This document shows, piece after piece, positions 19,801-27,911 of a DNA stretch of 64,000 nt (position 1 is its first letter; each line of letters opens with the position of its first letter). Source of the DNA: Bacteroidaceae bacterium (GTDB lineage: Bacteria > Bacteroidota > Bacteroidia > Bacteroidales > Bacteroidaceae); NCBI GenBank assembly GCA_017429525.1, contig JAFROT010000030.1, positions 113,776-177,775 of the forward strand. The letters are read 5' to 3'. The translations under genes were made by a program, and so were the position numbers. The notes beneath the pieces are model-generated. The model saw nothing but the letters and a program-made list of their open reading frames with translations, was not told the origin of the DNA and did not search any database.

Positions 19801-20030
19801 CGAATGAAGACATAGCTTCCACTTCCTGCTAAATCATACCGCTTATTTCATTGAATATTACTTTGCTAGGTGTTGTGGAAGCTACTCATTTTGCCTCCAC
19901 TCCGCTTCCACCACTTGAGAGGAAATGATTCAATGGAGACTGAGTGGAAGCAAAATGAATAGCCTCCACAAGCGCAAACCGCTAGCTATCAATCTATTCA
20001 TTCGCATTCTGGAGGAAAAAGTGGAAGATA
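19801..20030. repeat. ~230-bp imperfect palindrome (possible structured RNA, minus strand)
   Basis: Inner arms 19875-19902 and 19942-19970 are complementary except for 3 transitions. All 3 are G-U compatible only on the minus strand. Outer arms atagcttccactt / aagtggaagatag. Confidence 0.6.
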
Positions 20031-20111
20031 GGCAAAAGTCCATAAAATTTTTCATCAAAGGTCATATCTGATAAAGCCTGTTCATTTTTGTTTTCCTACC
20101 CTTGCGGAACG

Positions 20112-20209
20112 CATATATACGCTCAGGGTCACACGTATATACGCTCAAGCTTACACGTATATACGTGAGAGGCTTTGCGTATATACGCGCGAGGCGATGC
20201 GAATATACG
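20112..20209. repeat. 22-bp tandem array, 5 units with palindromic core cgtatatacg
   Basis: Cores at 20112, 20134, 20156, 20178 and 20200, an exact 22-bp period. Confidence 0.85.
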
Positions 20210-20387
20210 TGCGGCACTTAGCGACGATTTCTTGACTTCCTTAGGGATTGGCCCTTCGCTGCTGAAGTTCCGGTCCTTCAAAGCCCACGTCTTTTCCTCT
20301 GACCCGTTCCGATAGTTGAAGCGAACAAGTTCGCGCGGTTTTAACCATCTTTAAGGGCGATTCTTTGTTCGATGCAGCAAAGAAGTG

Positions 20388-20395
20388 TATATTTG
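20388..20395 (+). promoter_or_regulatory. -7 box (TAtaTTTG) for xerD
   Basis: tatatttg lies downstream of the listed ATG at 20372, so the ATG at 20417 is the likely start. Confidence 0.5.
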
Positions 20396-20416
20396 TACCC
20401 GCAAAGCAAAACGCTC

Positions 20417-21406
20417 ATGACTCAAGGCTCACCAACCACGGAGAGGACCCTCCTACCCGCAGCCCTCTATCGCCGCTACATCCAGTACCTCCGCCTCGAA
20501 CGCGGTTTCTCTGAGAACACCCTACAGGCCTATCAGAACGACCTCGACAAACTGCTCAACTTTCTCGCCGAAGAGAAGATACCCTTCCGCGAGGTGACAG
20601 TCGAACAGTTGCAGACGTTCGTGGCCACGCTCATCGACCTGGGCATAGCGCCGCGCTCCGTGGCACGCATTCTCGCGGGCGTGCGCGCGTTCTATAGATT
20701 TCTAGAACTCGAGCATGAGATTTCCGACGATCCCTGTCAGCTGCTCGACTCCCCCTCGCGTGGCCACCATCTGCCCGACGTCCTCACCCTGCAGGAGATC
20801 GATGCCCTCATCGGCGCCATCGACATGACCAAGGCCGAAGGCCAGCGTGACCGTGCCATCCTCGAGACGCTCTATTCGTGCGGACTGCGCGTCAGCGAGC
20901 TCTGCCACTTGCAGATGTCCGACCTCTTCCTCGACGAAGGCTTCATCCGCGTTCACGGCAAGGGCAAGAAAGAACGCCTCGTACCTATCTCGCAGAGCGC
21001 CATCCGCGAGCTGCAACTGTGGTTTGTCGACCGCGAGCAGATCGACATACGCCCGGGACACGAAGACGCCGTCTTCGTCAGCCATCGTCGCGGCACAGCA
21101 CTCTCGCGCATCACCGTTTTCCATATCGTCAAGATGCTCTGCGCGGCCGTAGGCATCCGCGCCACCGTCTCGCCCCACACCTTCCGACATAGCTTCGCCA
21201 CCCATCTGCTCGAGGGAGGGGCCAACCTGCGCGTCATCCAAGAGATGCTCGGACACGAAGAGATAGGTACCACCGAGATCTACATGCACATCAACCGTCA
21301 GCACCTGCGGCAGGAGATCCTGGAGCATCATCCACGCAACATACGCAAGGACGTTTCCGCCAACAATCATCGCGATGCGGATGCAAACGGAGATGCTGAA
21401 AGCTGA
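20417..21406 (+). CDS. xerD: site-specific tyrosine recombinase XerD
   Basis: SAM-like N-domain (YLRLERGFSENTLQAYQNDL). Catalytic ARG...HTFRHSFATHLLEGGANLRVIQEMLGHEEIGTTEIYMH. Confidence 0.85.
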   Translation: MTQGSPTTERTLLPAALYRRYIQYLRLERGFSENTLQAYQNDLDKLLNFLAEEKIPFREVTVEQLQTFVATLIDLGIAPRSVARILAGVRAFYRFLELEHEISDDPCQLLDSPSRGHHLPDVLTLQEIDALIGAIDMTKAEGQRDRAILETLYSCGLRVSELCHLQMSDLFLDEGFIRVHGKGKKERLVPISQSAIRELQLWFVDREQIDIRPGHEDAVFVSHRRGTALSRITVFHIVKMLCAAVGIRATVSPHTFRHSFATHLLEGGANLRVIQEMLGHEEIGTTEIYMHINRQHLRQEILEHHPRNIRKDVSANNHRDADANGDAES

Positions 21407-21486
21407 TAGACAATTGATAAACAAGAAAACTTTGCCAAAGAAACCTAAAAAAGCGACGAATATTTGGTTATCCCCGACGTTTGCAG

Positions 21487-21494
21487 TAACTTTG
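21487..21494 (+). promoter_or_regulatory. -7 box (TAacTTTG)
   Basis: taactttg, 51 nt upstream of the ATG at 21545. Confidence 0.5.
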
Positions 21495-21544
21495 CAGCCC
21501 AAAAGCAAAAAGAAAGAAGAATACTCATTAAATAAACATTCAAC

Positions 21545-23239
21545 ATGCGTAAACTTACCATCCTTTCATTCGCAGCTGTCGGCGCTCTCATGCTGACCGC
21601 TTGCAGCAAGCTCGGCCCCCTCACGGCCGACAACGTGACCGTCAATCCCACGCCCCTCGAGGCCATTGGCGGCGAAGTACCTGCTACCCTCAACCTCCAC
21701 TTCCCCCAGAAGTTCATGAAGAAGAAGGCCACCATCGAGATCACTCCGGTACTCAAGTACCAGGGCGGTCAGGCTACGTCGCAGCCCTCCACGTTCCAGG
21801 GCGAGAAGGTGCTGGCCAACGGCACCACCGTGCCTTACAAGGCTGGCGGCAACTACGCCATGCGTGCCAACTTCCCCTATATCGATGCCATGCAGGCCAG
21901 CGACCTCTACCTCCACTTCAACGCCAAGAAGGGTAAGAAGGTGGTCAGTCTGCCCGACGTGAAGGTCGGCTACGGCGTCGTCGCCACAAGCGAACTCCTG
22001 CACAACACCATCGCTACGGTCAACCCCGCCCTCGCTCCCGATGCCTACCAGCGCATCATCAAGCAGAAGCAAGAGGCTCAGATCAAGTATCTCGTCAACC
22101 AGGCCAACGTGCGCGCCAGCGAGCTCAACAGCAGCAGCATCAAGGACTTCGTGAAGATCCTCAAGGAAATCAACGACAACCAGGAGAAGCTGCAGCTGCA
22201 GAACATCGAAGTCAGCGCCTACGCTTCGCCCGAAGGCCGCTACGACTTCAACGCCGCCCTGGCCGAGAAGCGCCAGAACACCTCCAGCGCCTACGTTGAA
22301 GGTCAGCTCAAGAAGAACCGCATGAAGGCCGACGTCGACACCAAGTTCACCGCCGAGGACTGGGAAGGCTTCCAGCAGCTCGTCAGCGAGAGCAACATCC
22401 AGGACAAGGATGTCATCCTGCGCGTCCTCTCGATGTATAAGGATCCCGCCGAGCGCGAGCAGCAGATTCGCAACATGAGCGTTGTCTACGACGAGCTCGC
22501 AAAGGGTATCCTGCCCGAGCTGCGCCGCGCACGCCTCATCGCCAACTACAACGTCATCGGTCGCTCCGACGAGCAGATTGTCGACCAGTTCCAGAAGGAC
22601 GCTCGCGAGCTGAACGTCGAGGAAGTGCTCTACGGAGCAGCCCTCCAGAGCGACAACGCCCAGAAACAGGCTTGGTATGAGAAGGCTACGCAGCTCTTCC
22701 AGAACGACGCCCGTGCCTACAACAACCTCGCTAACCTCGCTTATCAGAACGGCGACCTCGCCACCGCTGCCAACTATCTGGCCAAGGCCAAGAGCATCAA
22801 TGCCAACAGCCCCGAGGTAGCCACCAACGAGGCTCTCCTCGCCCTGGCCAAGGGTCAGGTCGCTGAGGCCGAAGCTCTCCTGGCTAAGGGTACCGGCGCC
22901 AACACCTACAGCGAAGTACTCGGCAACCTCAACCTCGCCAAGGGCAACTACGCTGCCGCAGCTGCCAACCTCGCCGGCGTGAACACCAACAGCGCCCTGC
23001 TCGCACAAATCCTCAACAAGGACTATGCAGCTGCTGCCACCACACTCGCTGGCATCAAGAATGCCGACGCCTACACCGCCTACCTCAGCGCCATCCTCGG
23101 TGCTCGCAAGGGCGATGCCTCAGCTGTCGTCAATGGTCTCCAGAGCGCTATCCAGCAGAACCCCAGCCTCGCGCTGCGTGCTGCCCGCGACCTCGAGTTC
23201 GCCAAGTACACCACTCAGCTCGCCAGCGTGCTGAAGTAA
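21545..23239 (+). CDS. TPR-repeat lipoprotein
   Basis: Lipoprotein signal MRKLTILSFAAVGALMLTAC. C-terminal Ala/Asn/Leu-rich TPR-like repeats (AYNNLANLAYQNGDLATAANYLAKA...). Confidence 0.7.
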   Translation: MRKLTILSFAAVGALMLTACSKLGPLTADNVTVNPTPLEAIGGEVPATLNLHFPQKFMKKKATIEITPVLKYQGGQATSQPSTFQGEKVLANGTTVPYKAGGNYAMRANFPYIDAMQASDLYLHFNAKKGKKVVSLPDVKVGYGVVATSELLHNTIATVNPALAPDAYQRIIKQKQEAQIKYLVNQANVRASELNSSSIKDFVKILKEINDNQEKLQLQNIEVSAYASPEGRYDFNAALAEKRQNTSSAYVEGQLKKNRMKADVDTKFTAEDWEGFQQLVSESNIQDKDVILRVLSMYKDPAEREQQIRNMSVVYDELAKGILPELRRARLIANYNVIGRSDEQIVDQFQKDARELNVEEVLYGAALQSDNAQKQAWYEKATQLFQNDARAYNNLANLAYQNGDLATAANYLAKAKSINANSPEVATNEALLALAKGQVAEAEALLAKGTGANTYSEVLGNLNLAKGNYAAAAANLAGVNTNSALLAQILNKDYAAAATTLAGIKNADAYTAYLSAILGARKGDASAVVNGLQSAIQQNPSLALRAARDLEFAKYTTQLASVLK

Positions 23240-23245
23240 TTTAAG

Positions 23246-23432
23246 GTGTGTTCTAAAAATTAGTATTTATGCCATTGGCAGATCTCTCAATTGCTTCGAT
23301 GCTTTGTGCTCCTTTTCGGATGCTTCGCACTTTAGGCCTTGAACCATAGCCCGCTATGCTTCGGCGGCATAAAGTGTGAATCCTCTCGAAAATGAGCTAC
23401 AAATCATCTGAAGCTAATTATTAGAACCCACC
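23246..23432. repeat. ~187-bp imperfect palindrome downstream of the TPR lipoprotein gene
   Basis: Outer arms ggtgtgttctaaaaattag / ctaattattagaacccacc. Inner arms 23293-23334 and 23370-23414 are complementary with several mismatches or bulges. Confidence 0.6.
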
Positions 23433-23450
23433 TTAAAAAGACCCAGCCCC

Positions 23451-23561
23451 AAGTGAAAAGTGAAAGAGTGAAAAGTGAAAAATATATGAATCCTTCAAGA
23501 CTTGTTTCCAGCCTTGCAGGTAAATCCCATTTTTCACCTTTCACTCTTTCACTTTTCACTT
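23451..23561. repeat. 33-bp inverted repeat of gtgaaaag words, 45-bp spacer
   Basis: aagtgaaaagtgaaagagtgaaaagtgaaaaat (23451-23483) against atttttcacctttcactctttcacttttcactt (23529-23561), 1 mismatch. Confidence 0.85.
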
Positions 23562-24496
23562 TTCATTTCTCCCTCCTCATCGCCGTGGCGATGCTGTTCG
23601 CCTCCTGCTCTGATCCCACCCGCTTCCGCATACGTGGCGAGATCAGCAACCTGCGCGAGGCGGATTTCTATATCATCAGCACCGACGGAGGCCTCGACCA
23701 CCTCGACACCATTCATGTCGTGGACGGTTCCTTCAAGTGGCAGACGCATATTGATCAGGAAGCCACCTTCACCCTCATCTTCCCGAACCTCAGCCAGCAA
23801 ATCATCTTCGCCACGCCTGGCGAAGACGTCAAGGTCGTGGGCGACGCCACCGAGTTGCGCGCCATCAACATCTTAGGCACCGACGAGAACGAGGATTACA
23901 CGCAGTTCCGCATCGACCATTTCTACGACAAGCCCAAAGAGCTTATCGCCGCCATGCAGGGCTACATCGACCAGCACCCCGGCAGCCGTGTCAGCGATTA
24001 CATGCGCCGCCATATAGCCCTACTCAAAGGCGAGAACAACCGTCTCGTCACAGGCAAACCCCTGCCCGCTATCTCGCTGCCGCCCGACGGTCTCAGCAGC
24101 GACTCCACGACCATCACCCTCCATCCGCATCATCCCATACTCCTCGTGTTCTGGGCTTCATGGGATCGTTCGAGCATAGAGGACTTCTACAATATCGTCA
24201 AGCTCTACCACCAGTCGCAACACCAACCCGACCCCAAGCGTGCCGTGCAAGCCATCGGCATCAGCCTCGACGTCAACCCGCAGGAGTATGCCTCCGTCTG
24301 CCGCTACGACTCCGTCCTTTGGGATAGCCGCTGCTACCGCCTGTCATGGAGCACGCCAATCGTGGAGCAGCTCTCCATCCGCGAGCTACCCTACTACATC
24401 CTCACCGACGACCAACTGAAGGTCATCGCCCATGGCTCTAAATGGAAAGAGAATATCGCCCAACCCCTCTGGCGCCTGACGAGCAGAGAGAGATGA
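23486..24496 (+). CDS. TlpA/thioredoxin-fold lipoprotein (DUF4369-like N-domain) lacking the CxxC motif
   Basis: ML FASCSDP lipobox. FRIRGEISNL...FYII N-domain. LLVFWASWDRSSIEDFYNIVKLY aligns to the FWASWCGPC redoxin motif. Start is uncertain (23453, 23486 or 23591) because the 5' end lies in the inverted repeat. Confidence 0.7.
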   Translation: MNPSRLVSSLAGKSHFSPFTLSLFTFHFSLLIAVAMLFASCSDPTRFRIRGEISNLREADFYIISTDGGLDHLDTIHVVDGSFKWQTHIDQEATFTLIFPNLSQQIIFATPGEDVKVVGDATELRAINILGTDENEDYTQFRIDHFYDKPKELIAAMQGYIDQHPGSRVSDYMRRHIALLKGENNRLVTGKPLPAISLPPDGLSSDSTTITLHPHHPILLVFWASWDRSSIEDFYNIVKLYHQSQHQPDPKRAVQAIGISLDVNPQEYASVCRYDSVLWDSRCYRLSWSTPIVEQLSIRELPYYILTDDQLKVIAHGSKWKENIAQPLWRLTSRER

Positions 24497-24557
24497 GGTG
24501 AAAGAGTGGACAAGTTGACGAGTTAAAAGTTAATAGTTAATAGTTAATAGTTAAAAG

Positions 24558-24602
24558 TTAGGAGTTCCTTGCTAACGAAGCATGGAACTCCTAATTTTAA
24601 TT
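24558..24602 (+). terminator. terminator hairpin between convergent genes
   Basis: ttaggagttcc (24558-24568) pairs with ggaactcctaa (24584-24594), followed by ttttaatttg. Preceded by (agttaat)n words. Confidence 0.65.
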
Positions 24603-24714
24603 TGAGAATTGAATCTTAGATGTTAGCTTATCTGCTCGAGCTACGCTCTGCGAAGAAATCGTCCGCTCGAGCTACGCTCGCTTTGCTTTGCAAAGAAGCC
24701 GTCTACTCTTCCAC

Positions 24715-25518
24715 TTACTTCGGCTGCTTGCCGATGTAAGCCAGAATGCCACCGTCGACGTAGAGGATGTGACCGTTCACGGCGTTCGAAGCCTCTGAGG
24801 CCAGGAAGACAGCGGGACCTGTCAGTTCCTGCGGGTCGAGCCAACGGCCAGCGGGCGTCTTGGCACAGATGAACGAGTCGAAGGGATGGCGGCTGCCGTC
24901 CGGCTGACGCTCGCGCAGGGGAGCCGTCTGGGGCGTGGCGATATAGCCCGGGCCGATACCGTTGCACTGGATGTTGTACCCGCCATATTCCGAGCAGATG
25001 TTGCGCGTCAGCATCTTCAGACCGCCCTTGGCAGCTGCGTAGGCGCTGACCGTCTCACGGCCCAGCTCAGACATCATCGAGCAGATGTTGATGATTTTGC
25101 CATGACCCTTGGCCATCATGTCGGGCAGAACGGCCTTCGAAACGATGAACGGAGCGTTCAGGTCGATGTCGATGACCTTGCGGAATTCGGAGGCCTCCAT
25201 CTCGTGCATCGGGATGCGACGGATGATACCGGCATTGTTCACCAGGATATCAATCGTGCCCACCTCTTCCTTGATCTTCTTCACGAGAGCCTGTACGGCG
25301 GGCTCGTCCGTCACGTCGCAGACGTAACCATGGGCCTTGATGCCCTTCTCTTCGTAGGATTTCAGGCCGCGGTCCACCAACTCCTGGTTGATGTCGTTGA
25401 AGCAAATCGTAGCACCCTGCTCAGCGAACGCGCTGGCAATAGCAAAACCGATGCCGTAGGAGGCACCTGTCACGAGGGCAACTTTACCCTCAAGCGAAAA
25501 ATTCAGATAGGGGTTCAT
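24715..25518 (-). CDS. short-chain dehydrogenase/reductase (gluconate 5-dehydrogenase-like)
   Basis: TGASYGIGFAIA Rossmann motif, NNAG, catalytic YAAAKGG. Confidence 0.85.
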   Translation of the reverse strand: MNPYLNFSLEGKVALVTGASYGIGFAIASAFAEQGATICFNDINQELVDRGLKSYEEKGIKAHGYVCDVTDEPAVQALVKKIKEEVGTIDILVNNAGIIRRIPMHEMEASEFRKVIDIDLNAPFIVSKAVLPDMMAKGHGKIINICSMMSELGRETVSAYAAAKGGLKMLTRNICSEYGGYNIQCNGIGPGYIATPQTAPLRERQPDGSRHPFDSFICAKTPAGRWLDPQELTGPAVFLASEASNAVNGHILYVDGGILAYIGKQPK

Positions 25519-25564
25519 CTTTGTTAGTTAGATTTTAATGTTTAACATTTGATGATTCTGCCTG

Positions 25565-25572
25565 CAAAGATA
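25565..25572 (-). promoter_or_regulatory. -7 box (TAtcTTTG) for the SDR gene
   Basis: Plus-strand caaagata, 47 nt upstream of the ATG. Confidence 0.45.
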
Positions 25573-25652
25573 GCAATAAAAGCACATACTGCGTCAGTTT
25601 TTCACATCTTTTTTCAAAAAAAGTAAAGATTGCCTTGTTTTCCCGATAGTCC

Positions 25653-25709
25653 AGAACTTCTAGAGCATATAGAGTTTCTAGAACTTCTAGAGCATCTAGA
25701 GCTTCTAGA
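25653..25709. repeat. TCTAGA-rich word repeat
   Basis: agaacttctagagcat occurs twice plus ctagagcttctaga, abutting the stop codon of the phosphatase gene. The reverse-complement word occurs at 51898-51950. Confidence 0.8.
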
Positions 25710-27714
25710 CCGCCCCCTTCGCCTGAATAGCCAGCATCGTGAGGTCGTCGCTCTGCTCGGCTGTGCCGACGAAGCGGTGGATGGCTGCCACCACCTCCGC
25801 AACGAGACGCTCTGGCGCACAAGCGGCAGCGCCTGCCTCTGCCGACGCACTCGCTGTTGCCGTGCGATCCGACATCTTCCATTGGCTTAAGCTCTCATGC
25901 AGCCGCTGAAGGCCGAACTGAGCGTGCTCTGCATCCTCAGCTTCGGTGAGGCCGTCGGTGTAGAGGAAGAGGATATCGCCGGGAGCCAGGGTGTCGTGCT
26001 GGAGCGTGTAAGCCCATGACGACATGACGCCTACAGGCAGGTTGGCATCGCAGCTGAGGTGGCGGAGCGTGCCGTCGGCAGCCAGGAGGAGAGGCGCGTC
26101 ATGACCAGCGTTGCTGTAGTCGAGACGGCTCGTGCTGAGGTCGAGCACACCCACGAACAGCGTCACGAACATATTCGACTCGTTGCGCGGCGTGACCGCG
26201 TCGTTCAGTGTGGCGAGGATGCGCTCGGGGCTGTCCTCAGCTGCCGCCAGCGTGCGGAACTGCGCTCCGGTGACTGCCATGATGAGCGAGGCCGGAACGC
26301 CTTTGCCCGAGACATCGCCGATGCAGAAGAAGAGGCGCTCCTCGCGGATGAAGAAATCGTAGAGGTCGCCGCCTACGGCCTTGGCGGGCGTGAGTTGCCC
26401 GTAGATGTCGATGTCCGTCCGCTCGGGGAACGGCGGGTAGTCCTTGGGGAGCATCGCCATCTGTATGGCACGCGCGATGGCCAGCTCACTCTCGATCGAA
26501 GCCTGCTGCGCCGTGGTCGTCTGCAGCTGCTGGACATAGCGGGCGAGCGACTGTTGCATATCGCTGAAGGAGTCGCGCAAGTGCCCGATCTCGTCGCGGT
26601 GGCGGATGATGGGCAGTGGCGAGTCGAAGTGTCCCCGCGCTACCTCGCCCGCCGATTGGGCCAGCATGTGCAAGGGGCGCGTAGCATGTCGGATCATGAA
26701 ATAACAGAGGGGGAAGATGATGAGCAGGCACAGCAGCATCAAGGCGACCACGCAGACCGCAAACACGACGCCCGGCGAGGCCATAGTCTGCCAGGGCACG
26801 ACGATGGCCATCGACCATCCCGAATGTTTGAGGGGCTTATAGAAGACGTAAGCCGAGAGGCTGTCGACCACCGCCCGGGCATATCCTTCCTGCTGCTGCC
26901 GCAGGCCGTGGAGCAGATTCTCGGCACCCGGACCCTGCGTCAGGTCGAGATGTCGCACGAGGCTGTCGCGGAGGATACGACGGCGCTCGGGATGGACGAC
27001 GTACTCGCCACGCCGCCCCACGATGAAGCTGTAGGTCGGGAGTTCCTCGTCGTCAGCGTCGAACACGTCGAGGGTGCGCTCGTTGGTCTTCTGGTCGTAC
27101 TCCTGCACCTGCTCCGAGAGCCATTCCAACGACACATCCGCGCAGAACAGACCCACGGTGCGGCCGTCCTTGCCGTGCACAGGCACGATATAGCTGCAGA
27201 GCACAGCCTTGGCTCCAGCATCGTCCACGTAAGGTTCCGACCAGAAAGCGCTGTCCGCCTGCATGCCCTGCACGAACCACGGCGACTTGTGGTAGTCGTG
27301 GCTGGCAGAACCGATGTCCATCCGGCGGATAGACCCGTCGCTGGTACGCATGACGTAAGGCTCAAACCATTGGCCGCGGTCGGGGAAGAAGTCGGGCGCG
27401 AAAGCCACGGCACAGCCGACCAAGTGGCTGTTGAGCTTCAATTCCTTGATGAGGGCATCAAACACCTGCTCAGACCGGCCGAGCGACTGCTCTACCTCGT
27501 CGACGTTGTTGACTGCTGAAACCTCAACGGCCGACAGCGTCCTTTCGACGCGCTCCGACGTCACGTCGATCACATCGAAATAGCGGTCGCGCATGTGAGC
27601 AATCATCAGCCCCAGCCCGAAGAAAGAGAGGAGCAGCGTCACCGCCGTCATACTCAGGAAGAGTACGATGATGATTCGCCACGTCAGGCGTCGGGCAAAA
27701 GAGCGGTATCTCAT
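25705..27714 (-). CDS. membrane sensor SpoIIE/PP2C-family protein phosphatase (extracytoplasmic sensor, HAMP, PPM domain)
   Basis: Two TM helices flank a ~270-aa periplasmic domain. HAMP-like PLHMLAQSAGEVARGHFDSPL. PP2C motifs GGDLYDFF, GDVSGKGVPASL, LYTDGLTEA, SDDLTMLAI. Confidence 0.85.
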   Translation of the reverse strand: MRYRSFARRLTWRIIIVLFLSMTAVTLLLSFFGLGLMIAHMRDRYFDVIDVTSERVERTLSAVEVSAVNNVDEVEQSLGRSEQVFDALIKELKLNSHLVGCAVAFAPDFFPDRGQWFEPYVMRTSDGSIRRMDIGSASHDYHKSPWFVQGMQADSAFWSEPYVDDAGAKAVLCSYIVPVHGKDGRTVGLFCADVSLEWLSEQVQEYDQKTNERTLDVFDADDEELPTYSFIVGRRGEYVVHPERRRILRDSLVRHLDLTQGPGAENLLHGLRQQQEGYARAVVDSLSAYVFYKPLKHSGWSMAIVVPWQTMASPGVVFAVCVVALMLLCLLIIFPLCYFMIRHATRPLHMLAQSAGEVARGHFDSPLPIIRHRDEIGHLRDSFSDMQQSLARYVQQLQTTTAQQASIESELAIARAIQMAMLPKDYPPFPERTDIDIYGQLTPAKAVGGDLYDFFIREERLFFCIGDVSGKGVPASLIMAVTGAQFRTLAAAEDSPERILATLNDAVTPRNESNMFVTLFVGVLDLSTSRLDYSNAGHDAPLLLAADGTLRHLSCDANLPVGVMSSWAYTLQHDTLAPGDILFLYTDGLTEAEDAEHAQFGLQRLHESLSQWKMSDRTATASASAEAGAAACAPERLVAEVVAAIHRFVGTAEQSDDLTMLAIQAKGAV

Positions 27715-27745
27715 GAGCGTCTATCGATTTATTCGTTTTTGACTT

Positions 27746-27836
27746 TGAAAGTAAATGCGGAGTAAATGATTTCGGTAAATAGATTGTATCTTTTCTGGAT
27801 GAAATTTACTGCGTATTTACTCCGCATTTACTTTCA
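27746..27836. repeat. perfect 22-bp inverted repeat of gtaaat words, 47-bp spacer
   Basis: tgaaagtaaatgcggagtaaat (27746-27767) against atttactccgcatttactttca (27815-27836). A related half copy lies at 45469-45516. Confidence 0.85.
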
Positions 27837-27911
27837 GTGTCAACATTCATCTTACTTTCAGCCTTTGACGAGCGGACAAGTAGGTCGCAGCTGGCGAATC
27901 GTTTTCGTTAC

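Noticed and set aside
20417-21406. XerD as the integrase of a mobile element
   Set aside because: Its sequence and size fit the chromosomal dimer-resolution recombinase. It lies 9 kb from the accessory region, separated by housekeeping genes, with no flanking att-like repeats or tRNA.
21566-23008. 480-aa minus-strand ORF
   Set aside because: Antisense to the TPR lipoprotein gene, which has a proper signal peptide and promoter box.
26059-27519. 486-aa plus-strand ORF, and 27837..28814 (325 aa)
   Set aside because: Antisense to the SpoIIE-family phosphatase and dacB genes respectively. Arg/Ala/His-rich shadow ORFs.
25705-27714. SpoIIE/PP2C phosphatase as part of a partner-switching (RsbU/V/W-like) module
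   Set aside because: No STAS-domain antagonist, anti-sigma kinase or sigma factor gene is adjacent. It appears to be an orphan sensor phosphatase, common in Bacteroidota.
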